Below are positions 1 through 9,982 of a DNA stretch of 64,000 nucleotides, piece after piece (position 1 is the stretch's first letter; each line of letters begins with the position of its first letter). Source of the stretch: Bacteroidales bacterium UBA1184. Its GTDB lineage: Bacteria > Bacteroidota > Bacteroidia > Bacteroidales > ML635J-15. Under the pieces are notes generated by a model. That model worked only from the letters and a program-made list of their open reading frames with translations, searched no databases and had not been told where the DNA came from. The DNA lies in NCBI GenBank assembly GCA_002310235.1, contig DBYO01000024.1, positions 25,246 to 89,245 on the forward strand, read 5' to 3'. The position numbers and the translations under genes are program-made.

Positions 1-870
1 GAATTCAACGAAGCTTGCTTCTCAAATGCAGCAGGAACAATCCAAGTTGTTGAATCTCCTTATGGCGTTCACATCATTAAGATTAACTCGCAGACCAAGC
101 CTGTAAGAAAAGCTAAAATAGCTGTTCTTGACCAGGAAATAAAGTTCTCCGACAACACTTACGAAGCTGCTTTCCATGCTTCTAACAAGTTCATGGCAAC
201 AAGCCAAACTGCCGAAGATTTCGACAAGAATGCTACCGACCAGAAACTTAATGTAAGAATGGCAAACAGAATCACCGATATGAGCGACAACGTAATCCCA
301 GGCATCGACAATGGTCGTGAAATAGTTCGCTGGGCATTCAACGAAGACAGGAAAATTGGTGACGTATCAAATGTTTTCGAAAGCTCTGCACGTGACAAAT
401 TCCTCGTTGTAAAGCTCTCGAAGATTCGCGAAAAAGGTTTCACTCCTTTCGAGGATACCAAGGAAGTAATTGAACCGGAAGTAAGAAAGCAGATGAAGGC
501 AGAAAAGATGATGGCAGAAATGAAGGACATGACTGTTGAAGCTGTCGCACAAAAGTTTGAAGCTAAGACCGACACCCTCACCAACATCAACTTCGCAAGT
601 TTCTCACTGCAAGGTCTCGGACTTATCGAACCTAAGGTAAATGCAGTAGCAACCAGCCTCGAAGTAAACAAAGTTTCGGCTCCTATTGATGGCAACAACG
701 GCGTATATGTAATAAAGGTTTTGAAGCAAACTGCTGCTCCCGAAAAGCAAGACTTCGAAAACGACAAGCTTGCCAAGATGCAGGAATACCAGAGAAACTA
801 CTCTTACCGCATGAACAATGCTGTAAAGAAAATCATAAAGATGGACGACAGAAGAGCTAAGTTCTTCTAA
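1..870 (+). CDS. Peptidyl-prolyl isomerase, PpiD/SurA-like, C-terminal part (5' end outside window)
   Basis: Frame 1 is open from nt 1 (EFNEACFSNAAGTIQVVESPYGVHIIKINSQ..., parvulin-type PPIase signature) and runs into the listed 193..870 ORF. Stop TAA at 868-870 is followed by a hairpin terminator. Confidence 0.7.
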   Translation, partial: EFNEACFSNAAGTIQVVESPYGVHIIKINSQTKPVRKAKIAVLDQEIKFSDNTYEAAFHASNKFMATSQTAEDFDKNATDQKLNVRMANRITDMSDNVIPGIDNGREIVRWAFNEDRKIGDVSNVFESSARDKFLVVKLSKIREKGFTPFEDTKEVIEPEVRKQMKAEKMMAEMKDMTVEAVAQKFEAKTDTLTNINFASFSLQGLGLIEPKVNAVATSLEVNKVSAPIDGNNGVYVIKVLKQTAAPEKQDFENDKLAKMQEYQRNYSYRMNNAVKKIIKMDDRRAKFF

Positions 871-886
871 ACAAAGCATAATACAC

Positions 887-917
887 AAAAAAGAACCTTT
901 AACGAGGTTCTTTTTTT
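887..917 (+). terminator. Rho-independent terminator after the PPIase gene
   Basis: AGAACCT (892-898) pairs with AGGTTCT (905-911) and is followed by a T-run to 917. An A-run lies upstream. Confidence 0.75.
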
Positions 918-932
918 GTTTATACTGCCAAC

Positions 933-3332
933 ATGAAACGCATATTTCATTTTATAAAGCCATTCCTATTTGTCGCTTTTTGCTTCATAATAGCTATCAT
1001 ATTGACAAAAACTATAGAGTTTTTTGCAATAGAGATAGATCTGGATTTTGGAATATACGCGCGCTCAATAGCGACTAATCTCATTGTCTCCTGTCTTATT
1101 TGCCTCTGCATATTGCCAATATACCTTATAATAAATTATATATCGAAGAAAGGAGCATTACTTACTTTAGGCATACTACTATCAATTGTCCTATTGATGG
1201 AAATTTCGCTCGCCGTATATACAGCCCACAATGGAACGCTTTTGGGTGCAGAACTGCTCGTCAGACCAGCAGATGAATCTTTTATGGCAGTAAAGGGCGC
1301 TTTCGGAACATTTGTACCAATAATATCTGTGATTGCAATAATAACAGGCTTCACAACCATAGTAATGCTATTGTCGAAACTGAAAGTGCCAACAGGAATA
1401 CACATTGCTGCTCTTGCATTAATTCTACTTTCGATACCTTGCTCATTCTTTGTCCCAAAACTTATGCTCGATGATGAAGCGGCAAATAACTACATAAGTA
1501 GCAGAACATATTTTCTTATAAGCGATTGCATCGAATCGACAAAGTCAGATTCTGCAGACTACGACACCGATGCTATCAACACCTTTCTTGCCGACAACAA
1601 AGACTACTTAGTACTTGACCCCGCCTACCCCTTCGAGCGAATTGACAAAACCCCGGATAACCTTTCCGTATATTTTAACAATTTCAAGGGCAAACCCAAC
1701 ATTGTCATTCTAATCGTGGAATCGCTCGGATATGAATTTATGAATCCTCACATTGTCCCGTTTATTGATTCCATTGCAAAACAAGGACTATACTGGAAAA
1801 ACTGCCTGTCTGTATCAAACCGAAGTTTTGGTGCAATACCTGCTATAACATGTTCGTCAACAGGACCAAATGGCTTCCAATTCGGCAAAATGCCCGACCA
1901 CAACTCGCTGATTAAGATGCTAAAATCAAACGGATACCAAACCAATGCTTTTTATGCGGGCTACTGGACATTCGACTGCATATACGAGTACCTCAACGCA
2001 CAAGGAATCGACTATATGTCACCACTATGGCAAGAATACAAGAAAATAGCAGACAAGGAAGAAATAGGCACTGAATGGGGATACTACGACAATATAATGT
2101 TAGACAAAACCATTGAATACCTGAAGCAATCGAGAAACATTCCAAAGTTGAACCTTATTGTTACATTATCGTCACACGACAAATTTTCGAACAAAGACAA
2201 GACCCAGAAGAAATATATAGAGAAATTTGACAGCATAATATCTGAATACGGCGACGATTTTTGCGAAGCGGCAAGTAAAAACAAAGACTTTTGCGCTACT
2301 ATGCTGTACGTTGACGAATCAATAAGGGACTTTATGACCAAATACAAGGAACTAGACGGATACGAAAATACCATCTTTGTCATAACTGGAGACCATTCCT
2401 CTGCAATAACTATAAAAAGTAAGGTTGACAAACATCACGTACCACTAATAATATGGTCGCCAATGCTTAATTCCAACAAAGAATTTTCAAATATTGTAAC
2501 GCACAACGATATAGCGCCAAGCCTTACTACTCTGTTAAAAAACAAATATGACATTAACGCACCTTCAACAACACATTATATCGGAAACGGATTAATAACC
2601 GATAAAAAAAACAGTCACACGCAGAAACTTCTAATCGCAACCAGAGACAAAAGTTCAAAGCAGATGGTGTACGGCGACTATTTCATCGACATTGACCAAT
2701 ACGAAAGCACAAGGATATACAAGATTGACGACCAACTGAACCTAACAATAGTAGCAGACAATGATCTGCTAAAAGAGAAACTCACCGAAAAACTATATAA
2801 TTACAGAGATATAGTAAAATACACATACACGAACAACCGTATTACGAAAAAGCAATGGTCGGCAACCTTTAATATTGACACGTTGGAATGCAAAACCCTA
2901 GATGAAGAACTAACATTAAAGCATCCGGAAAACAAACCGTCGGAAGTCGGGAGGGAAATATGTAAAATATTCCCCCCATTTACACTTGATGCTAATATGA
3001 AATACAAAAATATACGTATATCTTTGGATGCTACAATAATACTTAGTAACGATAGAATTGACGCCGGAGAATACTTTTCTCTCGAGTTTACGTGCTACAA
3101 CAGCAAAAATCCAATTCTCTGCTCCGAAAACGTACTTATGGCAATAAACGAAGACAACATAAGAGAAAATACACCATATAGGATAAGCCTCTCGAAAGAT
3201 TTCCAATACGATAAGGACGTAGTAAATTTCTATATATTATCAATTGCAACAACAAACGACGATATCTGGTGGAATCCGAACTACCAGATCAAGATTACTG
3301 ACGCAACCTATTTAATCGAAGGATTATACTGA
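933..3332 (+). CDS. LTA-synthase / phosphoglycerol-transferase family membrane protein (sulfatase fold) with extra C-terminal domain
   Basis: ATG start. Five N-terminal hydrophobic helices are followed by alkaline-phosphatase/sulfatase-fold motifs (NIVILIVESLGYEF ... FVITGDHSS), as in LtaS-type enzymes. About 200 aa of unassigned C-terminal sequence. Confidence 0.75.
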   Translation: MKRIFHFIKPFLFVAFCFIIAIILTKTIEFFAIEIDLDFGIYARSIATNLIVSCLICLCILPIYLIINYISKKGALLTLGILLSIVLLMEISLAVYTAHNGTLLGAELLVRPADESFMAVKGAFGTFVPIISVIAIITGFTTIVMLLSKLKVPTGIHIAALALILLSIPCSFFVPKLMLDDEAANNYISSRTYFLISDCIESTKSDSADYDTDAINTFLADNKDYLVLDPAYPFERIDKTPDNLSVYFNNFKGKPNIVILIVESLGYEFMNPHIVPFIDSIAKQGLYWKNCLSVSNRSFGAIPAITCSSTGPNGFQFGKMPDHNSLIKMLKSNGYQTNAFYAGYWTFDCIYEYLNAQGIDYMSPLWQEYKKIADKEEIGTEWGYYDNIMLDKTIEYLKQSRNIPKLNLIVTLSSHDKFSNKDKTQKKYIEKFDSIISEYGDDFCEAASKNKDFCATMLYVDESIRDFMTKYKELDGYENTIFVITGDHSSAITIKSKVDKHHVPLIIWSPMLNSNKEFSNIVTHNDIAPSLTTLLKNKYDINAPSTTHYIGNGLITDKKNSHTQKLLIATRDKSSKQMVYGDYFIDIDQYESTRIYKIDDQLNLTIVADNDLLKEKLTEKLYNYRDIVKYTYTNNRITKKQWSATFNIDTLECKTLDEELTLKHPENKPSEVGREICKIFPPFTLDANMKYKNIRISLDATIILSNDRIDAGEYFSLEFTCYNSKNPILCSENVLMAINEDNIRENTPYRISLSKDFQYDKDVVNFYILSIATTNDDIWWNPNYQIKITDATYLIEGLY

Positions 3333-3334
3333 AA

Positions 3335-4054
3335 ATGAAAAAAATTTCTTTAATAATACTTGTAATATCGCTTATTTTCCACTGTTGCACAAATGTTGAC
3401 AGTCCATACCACTATCCTGAATCAAAAATGTGGGCGCACAAGGTCAACGATACAGCAATAGCAAAAGATAAGAGCAAAAAATTTGTAGGTCTGGAAGTCG
3501 ATGCCTTGTATTCCGAATACCAAGACAAAATATTTGTAGGGCACAACATAGAAGATACTGCAAACAATCTGACACTTGAAAACTGGTTCAACTATGTGGA
3601 GACTCCGTCGCAAAAACATTTCTGGTTAGACATAAAAAATCTTGACAAACACAATGCAAAAAATATAGCGAAAAAAATAGTCGGCATAATGAAACAACAC
3701 AATATGTCGGATAATGTTTTCGTCGAAAGTCCCGATATAAAAGCTCTAAAAAAAGTCAAAGAGTCAGGATTGAGAGTTATATTATGGACTGAGAATCTAA
3801 CATGGAACAATATAGATACCTCATCGTGGATAGAACACACCAAAAAGCACATAGACGAACTTAAACCCGACGCAATAAGCGAGGAATCGGGAATGTTTGA
3901 ACTGTTAACAGAATGCTTCCCCGAACAGAATATTCATCTGTGGCAAACATCAATGAAAACAAACGAGGTAGATACGGCAAAGTTAAAAGAATTATGTAGA
4001 AACAAATCGGTAAAGGTTATCCTAATTGACAATGAAGAGCCTATAGAATACTAA
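3335..4054 (+). CDS. Putative lipoprotein, GDPD / PI-PLC-like phosphodiesterase
   Basis: Starts 3 nt after the upstream stop. Signal peptide with Cys (LIFHCCTN). MWAHKVN ... GLEVDA ... FVGHN resembles the His/Glu-Asp/His pattern of glycerophosphodiester phosphodiesterases. Weak by-eye assignment. Confidence 0.45.
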   Translation: MKKISLIILVISLIFHCCTNVDSPYHYPESKMWAHKVNDTAIAKDKSKKFVGLEVDALYSEYQDKIFVGHNIEDTANNLTLENWFNYVETPSQKHFWLDIKNLDKHNAKNIAKKIVGIMKQHNMSDNVFVESPDIKALKKVKESGLRVILWTENLTWNNIDTSSWIEHTKKHIDELKPDAISEESGMFELLTECFPEQNIHLWQTSMKTNEVDTAKLKELCRNKSVKVILIDNEEPIEY

Positions 4055-4093
4055 AAATCCAAAATATTCTTAATTTTGCAATAAATTTTCTTA

Positions 4094-5662
4094 ATGATAT
4101 TCAAGCACTACACGGCAAATGACACAGCCATCATAAAGGGAGCAGCCATACTATTGATATGCCTGCACAATTTCTTTCACTGGCTGCCGCCATCACCAGG
4201 CGAAAACGAATTCCTTTTTTTGGCACAAAGAATCAGTAACCTATTCAACTTGCTGGCAGAGAAGCCACAGGAATTTGTAAATATAATTTTCAGTTACTTC
4301 GGCCATTTTGGAGTACAGTTGTTCCTGCTCATAAGCGGATACGGGCTTGCAATGTCGATGCTAAAAAAAGAACGCACTTGGCTGCCATTTTTCTGGGAAC
4401 GGATAAAGAAATTGTATCCTCTTCTTATCGTCGGAATAGTATTCCTTTTCTTGACGACAGTGCTTACTAACGGACGTCTTTTCACCGAAACCGAGCAAAC
4501 CGAACTATGCTATAAACTGCTGTTCATTCAAACGCTTGTACCCGGCTCGGCACTTACATTGAATGGCCCTTGGTGGTTTTTCGCACTTATACTGCAACTA
4601 TACATATTTTTCCCTTTACTATACCGACTTACAAAAAGGTTCGGATGGAAAGCTTTTCTCTCCATCTGCATATTATCTTATGCAATAATATTCATATACA
4701 AATTCCAACTTGGACTTTTCGACGGAGAAATGATAATGATGAATTTGCCCGGACATCTGCCGGAATTCTGTCTCGGAATCCTCTTGGCGACAAACAAACA
4801 ACCTAAAATCAGTATAGTCTGGCTTCTCGTTGCAATAGCCATCTTTATCCTCGGCAACTTCTACGAATATTTATATCCATTCACATTCCTTGCCATTACA
4901 GTAATAATAGTTTTTACATACCAAGGGTTGAAAGCTATTCCGATAAGAAAACGTGTCCTAAAAAAAGCACTGGTTCATTTCGGAGGAATATCAATGGCTA
5001 TTTTTGCTGTCCATGGTGCATTGAGGAATCCCGTTATCAAGGTTGCAATTATCTACGACAACGCTCTTTGGCATCTATTCGCAGGATTGGTATTCCTTAC
5101 AATAGTATGGCTTGCTGCAATCGCAGCAAAGCGACTATATGAACTGATGCTTAGACCAATCGAAAGGATACACATCAGCGAATGCCGTACATCGCGCATA
5201 CTGGGAATTACAGTACAATCCGGATTGGTCGCATTTCTAATATTCGTACTCGGATTTTATACTTATACATCCATTGATGCAAGACAAAAGGACAAAATAC
5301 AGTTCGGAGAACCTACACTATCCGCAAAAATAGGACAAAATGACACCTACTCAAGAATACTGGACTTCACAATCGACAAGGAATATTCAAATCTACAGTT
5401 GGACTGCAATATGGAATACAAGGCGACCGACAATTCAACGGAAACAATTCCAATTGTAATAGAAATCAAAGATGTACTTTGGCAAAAGATTGACATTCCC
5501 GCCGAATACGCAAAAGCAGACTTCAAAAAATTCAACCTTACATACAACTATGTCAAACCTTTCAACAAAAAATTGAAAGGTTCTACATTAAAAGTCTATT
5601 TCTGGAACCACAAAAGCGTTTCGGGGGAATTCAAAAACCTCGAAGCTTCAATATGTCATTAA
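4094..5662 (+). CDS. Acyltransferase family 3 (OafA-like) integral membrane O-acyltransferase with C-terminal extracytoplasmic domain
   Basis: About 10 hydrophobic helices. N-terminal IKGAAILLICLHNFFHW and later FGGISMAIFAVHG are typical of Acyl_transf_3. Soluble tail of about 130 aa after the last helix. Confidence 0.75.
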   Translation: MIFKHYTANDTAIIKGAAILLICLHNFFHWLPPSPGENEFLFLAQRISNLFNLLAEKPQEFVNIIFSYFGHFGVQLFLLISGYGLAMSMLKKERTWLPFFWERIKKLYPLLIVGIVFLFLTTVLTNGRLFTETEQTELCYKLLFIQTLVPGSALTLNGPWWFFALILQLYIFFPLLYRLTKRFGWKAFLSICILSYAIIFIYKFQLGLFDGEMIMMNLPGHLPEFCLGILLATNKQPKISIVWLLVAIAIFILGNFYEYLYPFTFLAITVIIVFTYQGLKAIPIRKRVLKKALVHFGGISMAIFAVHGALRNPVIKVAIIYDNALWHLFAGLVFLTIVWLAAIAAKRLYELMLRPIERIHISECRTSRILGITVQSGLVAFLIFVLGFYTYTSIDARQKDKIQFGEPTLSAKIGQNDTYSRILDFTIDKEYSNLQLDCNMEYKATDNSTETIPIVIEIKDVLWQKIDIPAEYAKADFKKFNLTYNYVKPFNKKLKGSTLKVYFWNHKSVSGEFKNLEASICH

Positions 5663-5681
5663 TCCTGAATCAAATTATTGA

Positions 5682-7034
5682 CTACCGACCCAAATCTTCT
5701 GGCTCAAGTCTCAACATATATGTGTAGGCGGCATTATCGTCAATTGATTCCTCGACACTGATACCTTTCTCATTTGCCTGCGACTTCACATTGTCGAGCC
5801 ATTCGGGAGTTGAAACGATTTCGTTCTTTATGTCATTTATTACCGACTGCTTGTACGAAGCATATATGCTATCAGCCGCATCGTAGTCGGACGGCGATTT
5901 TGCGACAAAAGAATAGTCGTATGAGGCAAGATATCGCCTGCAAAAGTTGAACGGAAACAGATGATTAGTCGCTTCGGTGCAAACAAGGAGAACAAATTCC
6001 TGTTCCTCAATCTCGCGTCGATAATCAATGTCATTTATCGACTGCACAGGATTTCTCTCTGGATAAATTGTGGTATTGTAGAACCAGAAACCACCATCGG
6101 AGAATATATTCTGCGGAATAGCCACATTCCACGCCCACACCGTCCACCAGTACGAATCCGAAATAGCAAGAACCTTGGGTTTGTAGCCGTCGTGAAAACC
6201 GAGAATAGGATTGTCGATGCGATTATGCTCGATCGGAAACATAAGATTCATCGACTTATATATGTCATCGTCTTGGTTGATAAGCGAATCGGAATCGACA
6301 AAACCGTCAATTGTAAAATAGGCATGTTTCTTTCCTGTTTTTGCTTCCATATACCTCGCAAGCGAATCCATTGCCAGCGATGCTGCATATATTGTCCAAT
6401 GCGCACCAAGATTACAATATATTGCCTTTTCGAAACCGCCCTTGTTGTCGCAGAAATACTTGTTAAAATCGATAAGATTCACACTGTCGCGAGCAAACTC
6501 TCCTACATATTCCTTGTAATTGTTTGTGGTATCAAGCTTTTTCAAATAATATTCGGGAATCATTTCCGGATAATACGAAGCTTTTCCTGGAGCAAAAACA
6601 GTAAGCAAAGTCACATTACGCACAGCAAGCATATCCTGCACCAGGCGTATCTGTCGTGCATTTTTACGGATCTTGTCCATCCCCACAAATGTTTCGCCAA
6701 TATAGCTTATTATATACGACTCCTCGAATAGCATTTTGTCCTTACCCGTAACAAATCCCTTTGTAGCATCTTTACCATAAATAGAATAGAGGTACTGATG
6801 ATAAAGCCTTATAAAAGTTTCACGGAACCCAAAATTTTCTTTGCTATACCTTTCAATACCGGCCTGATATTCGCCATTTTTGCAACTTGTAAACGAAAAT
6901 TTAGGCTTTTCTATCTTTTCCTCCGCTCCATTCAATTGTTTTATGTCAACGAAATGGAATTTTCCTTGCAGGAATATCGCTACGAAAACCAGCAATGTTA
7001 ATATGCACAATATTTGGGGAATCCTTTTTTTCAT
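5682..7034 (-). CDS. AlgJ/AlgX-like (DHHW-type) O-acetyltransferase accessory protein, membrane-anchored
   Basis: Single N-terminal anchor (ILCILTLLVFVAIFLQ). GAHWT motif in the position of the AlgJ/AlgX DxHW motif. Paralog of 7046..8557 and lies downstream of the MBOAT gene. The track start 7037 is TTG; ATG at 7034 is preferred. Confidence 0.55.
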   Translation of the reverse strand: MKKRIPQILCILTLLVFVAIFLQGKFHFVDIKQLNGAEEKIEKPKFSFTSCKNGEYQAGIERYSKENFGFRETFIRLYHQYLYSIYGKDATKGFVTGKDKMLFEESYIISYIGETFVGMDKIRKNARQIRLVQDMLAVRNVTLLTVFAPGKASYYPEMIPEYYLKKLDTTNNYKEYVGEFARDSVNLIDFNKYFCDNKGGFEKAIYCNLGAHWTIYAASLAMDSLARYMEAKTGKKHAYFTIDGFVDSDSLINQDDDIYKSMNLMFPIEHNRIDNPILGFHDGYKPKVLAISDSYWWTVWAWNVAIPQNIFSDGGFWFYNTTIYPERNPVQSINDIDYRREIEEQEFVLLVCTEATNHLFPFNFCRRYLASYDYSFVAKSPSDYDAADSIYASYKQSVINDIKNEIVSTPEWLDNVKSQANEKGISVEESIDDNAAYTYMLRLEPEDLGR

Positions 7035-7045
7035 CAAGTAAAATG

Positions 7046-8557
7046 CTACTCCGGTTTATGTTGATTGTAATACCATATTGCATCGCGCGTAACCGCCGAA
7101 TCGAGAGAAACATTCCATTTCTCAGCCTTCCGCCTTACATCATCGAGCCACTTTGGAGAACTATATATCTTGCTTTTTATCTTCTTTATGTATATGTCCT
7201 CATTTCTTACCTGCGGTACTCCCTCACCTCTCAGTTCCTCGAAATACGCCTCAGGATTATTGTAAAGAAGATACTTTGCGTCGCCAAGCATCACATCTTC
7301 GAGTTCGCGACCTTGCGAACTAGCCTTTTCCGAAAGCGACGCCATCCAATTTTTATCATTCTTCATAATTGAGATTATGTCATTCTGCACAGAATTTATT
7401 TTGCTGTCGCTGTAGCACAGATGGACAAGTGCATTTGGGATAAATCCATTGCCTAAATCATATATCATTGATGTGCAATAAGAAAGCATAACATAATCGG
7501 CCCCAAGCAATTCTGTTACCAAATCGATTTCGGACGTTGATGTGTAATTGGGAGAGAAATATACAGAACTATTGTAATACCAATACTGATAATCAGAAAA
7601 TATTGAATCCAATGGAACCTCATTGACAAAATTCCAAAAGAACGAATCTCCTATCACTATCAACTTCGGCTTTTCCGCTGTCGCGTCATCATCTACCGAC
7701 ACTGAAACATACATGCTGGAATCCTTGGGAATTTCTCTTATCAAATTCATCATCTTCTCAAGGTCATCATCAGGCTTGCGCGTTTTATCGCAATATGCCG
7801 AACCTATTTTTATATTGTGGATATTCTTTTTGCCAAGATGCTCCATATATCGGAAAAGCGTGTCGGCACTATGCACAGCTGCAATATTAGACCAATGAGT
7901 GCCCGTTTGTGGGAAAAGCGGATAATCGACCTTAGACTTCTGCTCTACAAAGTATTTTGAAAAGTCCACATAGTTTACGCCAATACTATCAAATAAATAT
8001 GGGTAATAATCGGCAGCCTTCACTCCCATCGGTTTTGTATATTTGTCGCCATCGGGAAGATGTTCTGGATATACGCGGTCTTTCCCAGGTTCAAGCATCA
8101 CAAACATAGTAACGCCAAATTCTTCGAGTATTTTCTGTATCTTGAACAAACGACTTGCCTCGGTTTGGAAATTATTCTTTATCACTTCGGGATCATCAGT
8201 GTATTTGTACATGCGGCTCTGATAATGATCGTCAACAAACCACGTCTCGTACAACCAATTATCCTGTCCAACAGAGACTCCCCATGCATTGGTCTTGTTA
8301 TAAAAATCCCACAAATACTGGTTGTAGCATCTTATCGCCCACTCCCTGAAACCGAAATTCTGCTTTGAATAATTTTCAAGATTATTTTGATATTCCCTAT
8401 CAATATAATCCTTCATAGTAAATTTAGGAAATGCTACTTCCACAACAACGCCATCAAGTTTTTTCATGTGGACAAAATGAGTCTTCTCCTGCAAGAATAT
8501 CAGAACGAAAACCAACATCGTCAGTATGCACAATATTCTAAGGACCCACTTCTCCAT
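7046..8557 (-). CDS. AlgJ/AlgX-like (DHHW-type) O-acetyltransferase accessory protein, membrane-anchored (paralog)
   Basis: The N-terminus is nearly identical in pattern to the neighbour (ILCILTMLVFVLIFLQEKTHFV). GTHWS motif. Its start ATG overlaps the MBOAT stop by 1 nt. Confidence 0.55.
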   Translation of the reverse strand: MEKWVLRILCILTMLVFVLIFLQEKTHFVHMKKLDGVVVEVAFPKFTMKDYIDREYQNNLENYSKQNFGFREWAIRCYNQYLWDFYNKTNAWGVSVGQDNWLYETWFVDDHYQSRMYKYTDDPEVIKNNFQTEASRLFKIQKILEEFGVTMFVMLEPGKDRVYPEHLPDGDKYTKPMGVKAADYYPYLFDSIGVNYVDFSKYFVEQKSKVDYPLFPQTGTHWSNIAAVHSADTLFRYMEHLGKKNIHNIKIGSAYCDKTRKPDDDLEKMMNLIREIPKDSSMYVSVSVDDDATAEKPKLIVIGDSFFWNFVNEVPLDSIFSDYQYWYYNSSVYFSPNYTSTSEIDLVTELLGADYVMLSYCTSMIYDLGNGFIPNALVHLCYSDSKINSVQNDIISIMKNDKNWMASLSEKASSQGRELEDVMLGDAKYLLYNNPEAYFEELRGEGVPQVRNEDIYIKKIKSKIYSSPKWLDDVRRKAEKWNVSLDSAVTRDAIWYYNQHKPE

Positions 8558-9972
8558 CAGAACCTGAAATAAATGAAAGGACTAAAACTTGAAACATTGA
8601 GTGCGGCAATGCTCATCAACAGCAAGAACATCGCCACTATCCATACCACAATGTGCTGCCAAGTGGAATATTCGGTATTGAATACAAATTTCTGCATTTT
8701 TTTGCCAAAGCCAAACAGAGCGACAAACGAAAATGCAAGTGCCACCACAAGTGTTGTCACAAACTGAGCATCGTGAATACTTACTGCTGCAAAGTCGAAA
8801 GAGAACAGACGCGTGATAAATGTCCAGCACTCTCCTATATTCTCGATTCTGAAAATTGCCCAACCAACCATCACGAGTATGAATGTGATCAGTACGCTTG
8901 GGACTTTGCCTATACGTTTATACACATTGCCGAGGAACAGTCTTTCCATGACAAGGAAAAAGCCGTGGTATGCACCCCAGATTACAAAGTTCCAGCTTGC
9001 GCCGTGCCAAAGTCCCGACAGCAGAAACACCACCCAGAGGTTGAAATACATACGCGGTTTCGAGCAACGGTTTCCGCCAAGCGGAATGTAAAGATAATTG
9101 CGCATGAATGAGCCGAGCGTCATGTGCCACCGTCTCCAAAACTCGCTTATGCTTGCCGAATTGTAAGGGTTGTCGAAGTTTTCGGGGAAGGAGAAGCCCA
9201 TTATCCGGCCAAGTCCTATTGCCATGTCAGAATAACCCGAAAAGTCGAAGTAAAGCTGCATGGTGTATGCCGCTATCACAATCCACGATGTGGCGGTGTC
9301 GAGTGTCGCCAAGTCACCAACAAGCATACTGTCAACCCAACGGCCAAGCACATCGGCAATAAGTATCTTCTTGCTCAAGCCGATTACAAAGCGGTAGAAT
9401 CCGTACAGGCATTCCGACCAGCTATGTTTGCGACCGGTAATCTGCCCTGCTATCTCGTTGTAGCGGACAATAGGTCCGGCAATAAGTTGCGGAAACATCA
9501 TTATGTAAACCATATAGTCCGACAGTTTCCTCATCGGCTGGTTTACCCCGCGGTAAGTATCAACGGTATAGGTAATACTTTGGAAAGTGAAAAACGAAAT
9601 ACCTACAGGAAGCAGAATCTTTATCCACTCAACTGGCTCGCTGCCAAATATTCCGCGTATGGCATTGATATTTTCCATTGTAAAGTTGCCATACTTGTAG
9701 TATGCAAGCAATCCGAGACTTATGGCAATTGAAATACCGCAAACAAGTTTTTTAAGACTTGTCTTTTCAAGCCTGCACATCAACTTTACAAGGAAAAAGT
9801 TCACTATGGTGGATGCCGTGAGCTGTATTACAAAGTCGGGGGCACCGTAGGCGTAGAAAACAATCGATGCCAGAAGCAATGTATAGTTGCGGAATTTGTT
9901 AGGCGTAACAAAATACAGCACCAGAAATGCCGGCAAAAAATACAAAAGAAATATGTTGCTGCTAAATACCAT
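8557..9972 (-). CDS. MBOAT family O-acyltransferase (AlgI/DltB/PatA-like)
   Basis: MVFSSNIFLLYFLPAFLVLYF N-terminus as in AlgI. FWRRWHMTL and GLWHGASWNFVIWG His motifs. Track start 9990 is TTG; ATG at 9972 gives the canonical N-terminus. Confidence 0.85.
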   Translation of the reverse strand: MVFSSNIFLLYFLPAFLVLYFVTPNKFRNYTLLLASIVFYAYGAPDFVIQLTASTIVNFFLVKLMCRLEKTSLKKLVCGISIAISLGLLAYYKYGNFTMENINAIRGIFGSEPVEWIKILLPVGISFFTFQSITYTVDTYRGVNQPMRKLSDYMVYIMMFPQLIAGPIVRYNEIAGQITGRKHSWSECLYGFYRFVIGLSKKILIADVLGRWVDSMLVGDLATLDTATSWIVIAAYTMQLYFDFSGYSDMAIGLGRIMGFSFPENFDNPYNSASISEFWRRWHMTLGSFMRNYLYIPLGGNRCSKPRMYFNLWVVFLLSGLWHGASWNFVIWGAYHGFFLVMERLFLGNVYKRIGKVPSVLITFILVMVGWAIFRIENIGECWTFITRLFSFDFAAVSIHDAQFVTTLVVALAFSFVALFGFGKKMQKFVFNTEYSTWQHIVVWIVAMFLLLMSIAALNVSSFSPFIYFRF

Positions 9973-9982
9973 CTTTCTTAAT

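Noticed and set aside
1-16. GAATTC and AAGCTT sites at the very start of the window
   Set aside because: They are most likely coincidental and have no biological implication. The window simply begins inside the PPIase gene.
5961-6731. 256-aa plus-strand ORF, and similar ORFs at 8653..9111, 9124..9732, 11327..11923 and 12079..12573
   Set aside because: These lie antisense inside the AlgJ-like, MBOAT, GH16 and ettA genes and have no start context or motifs. They are shadow ORFs.
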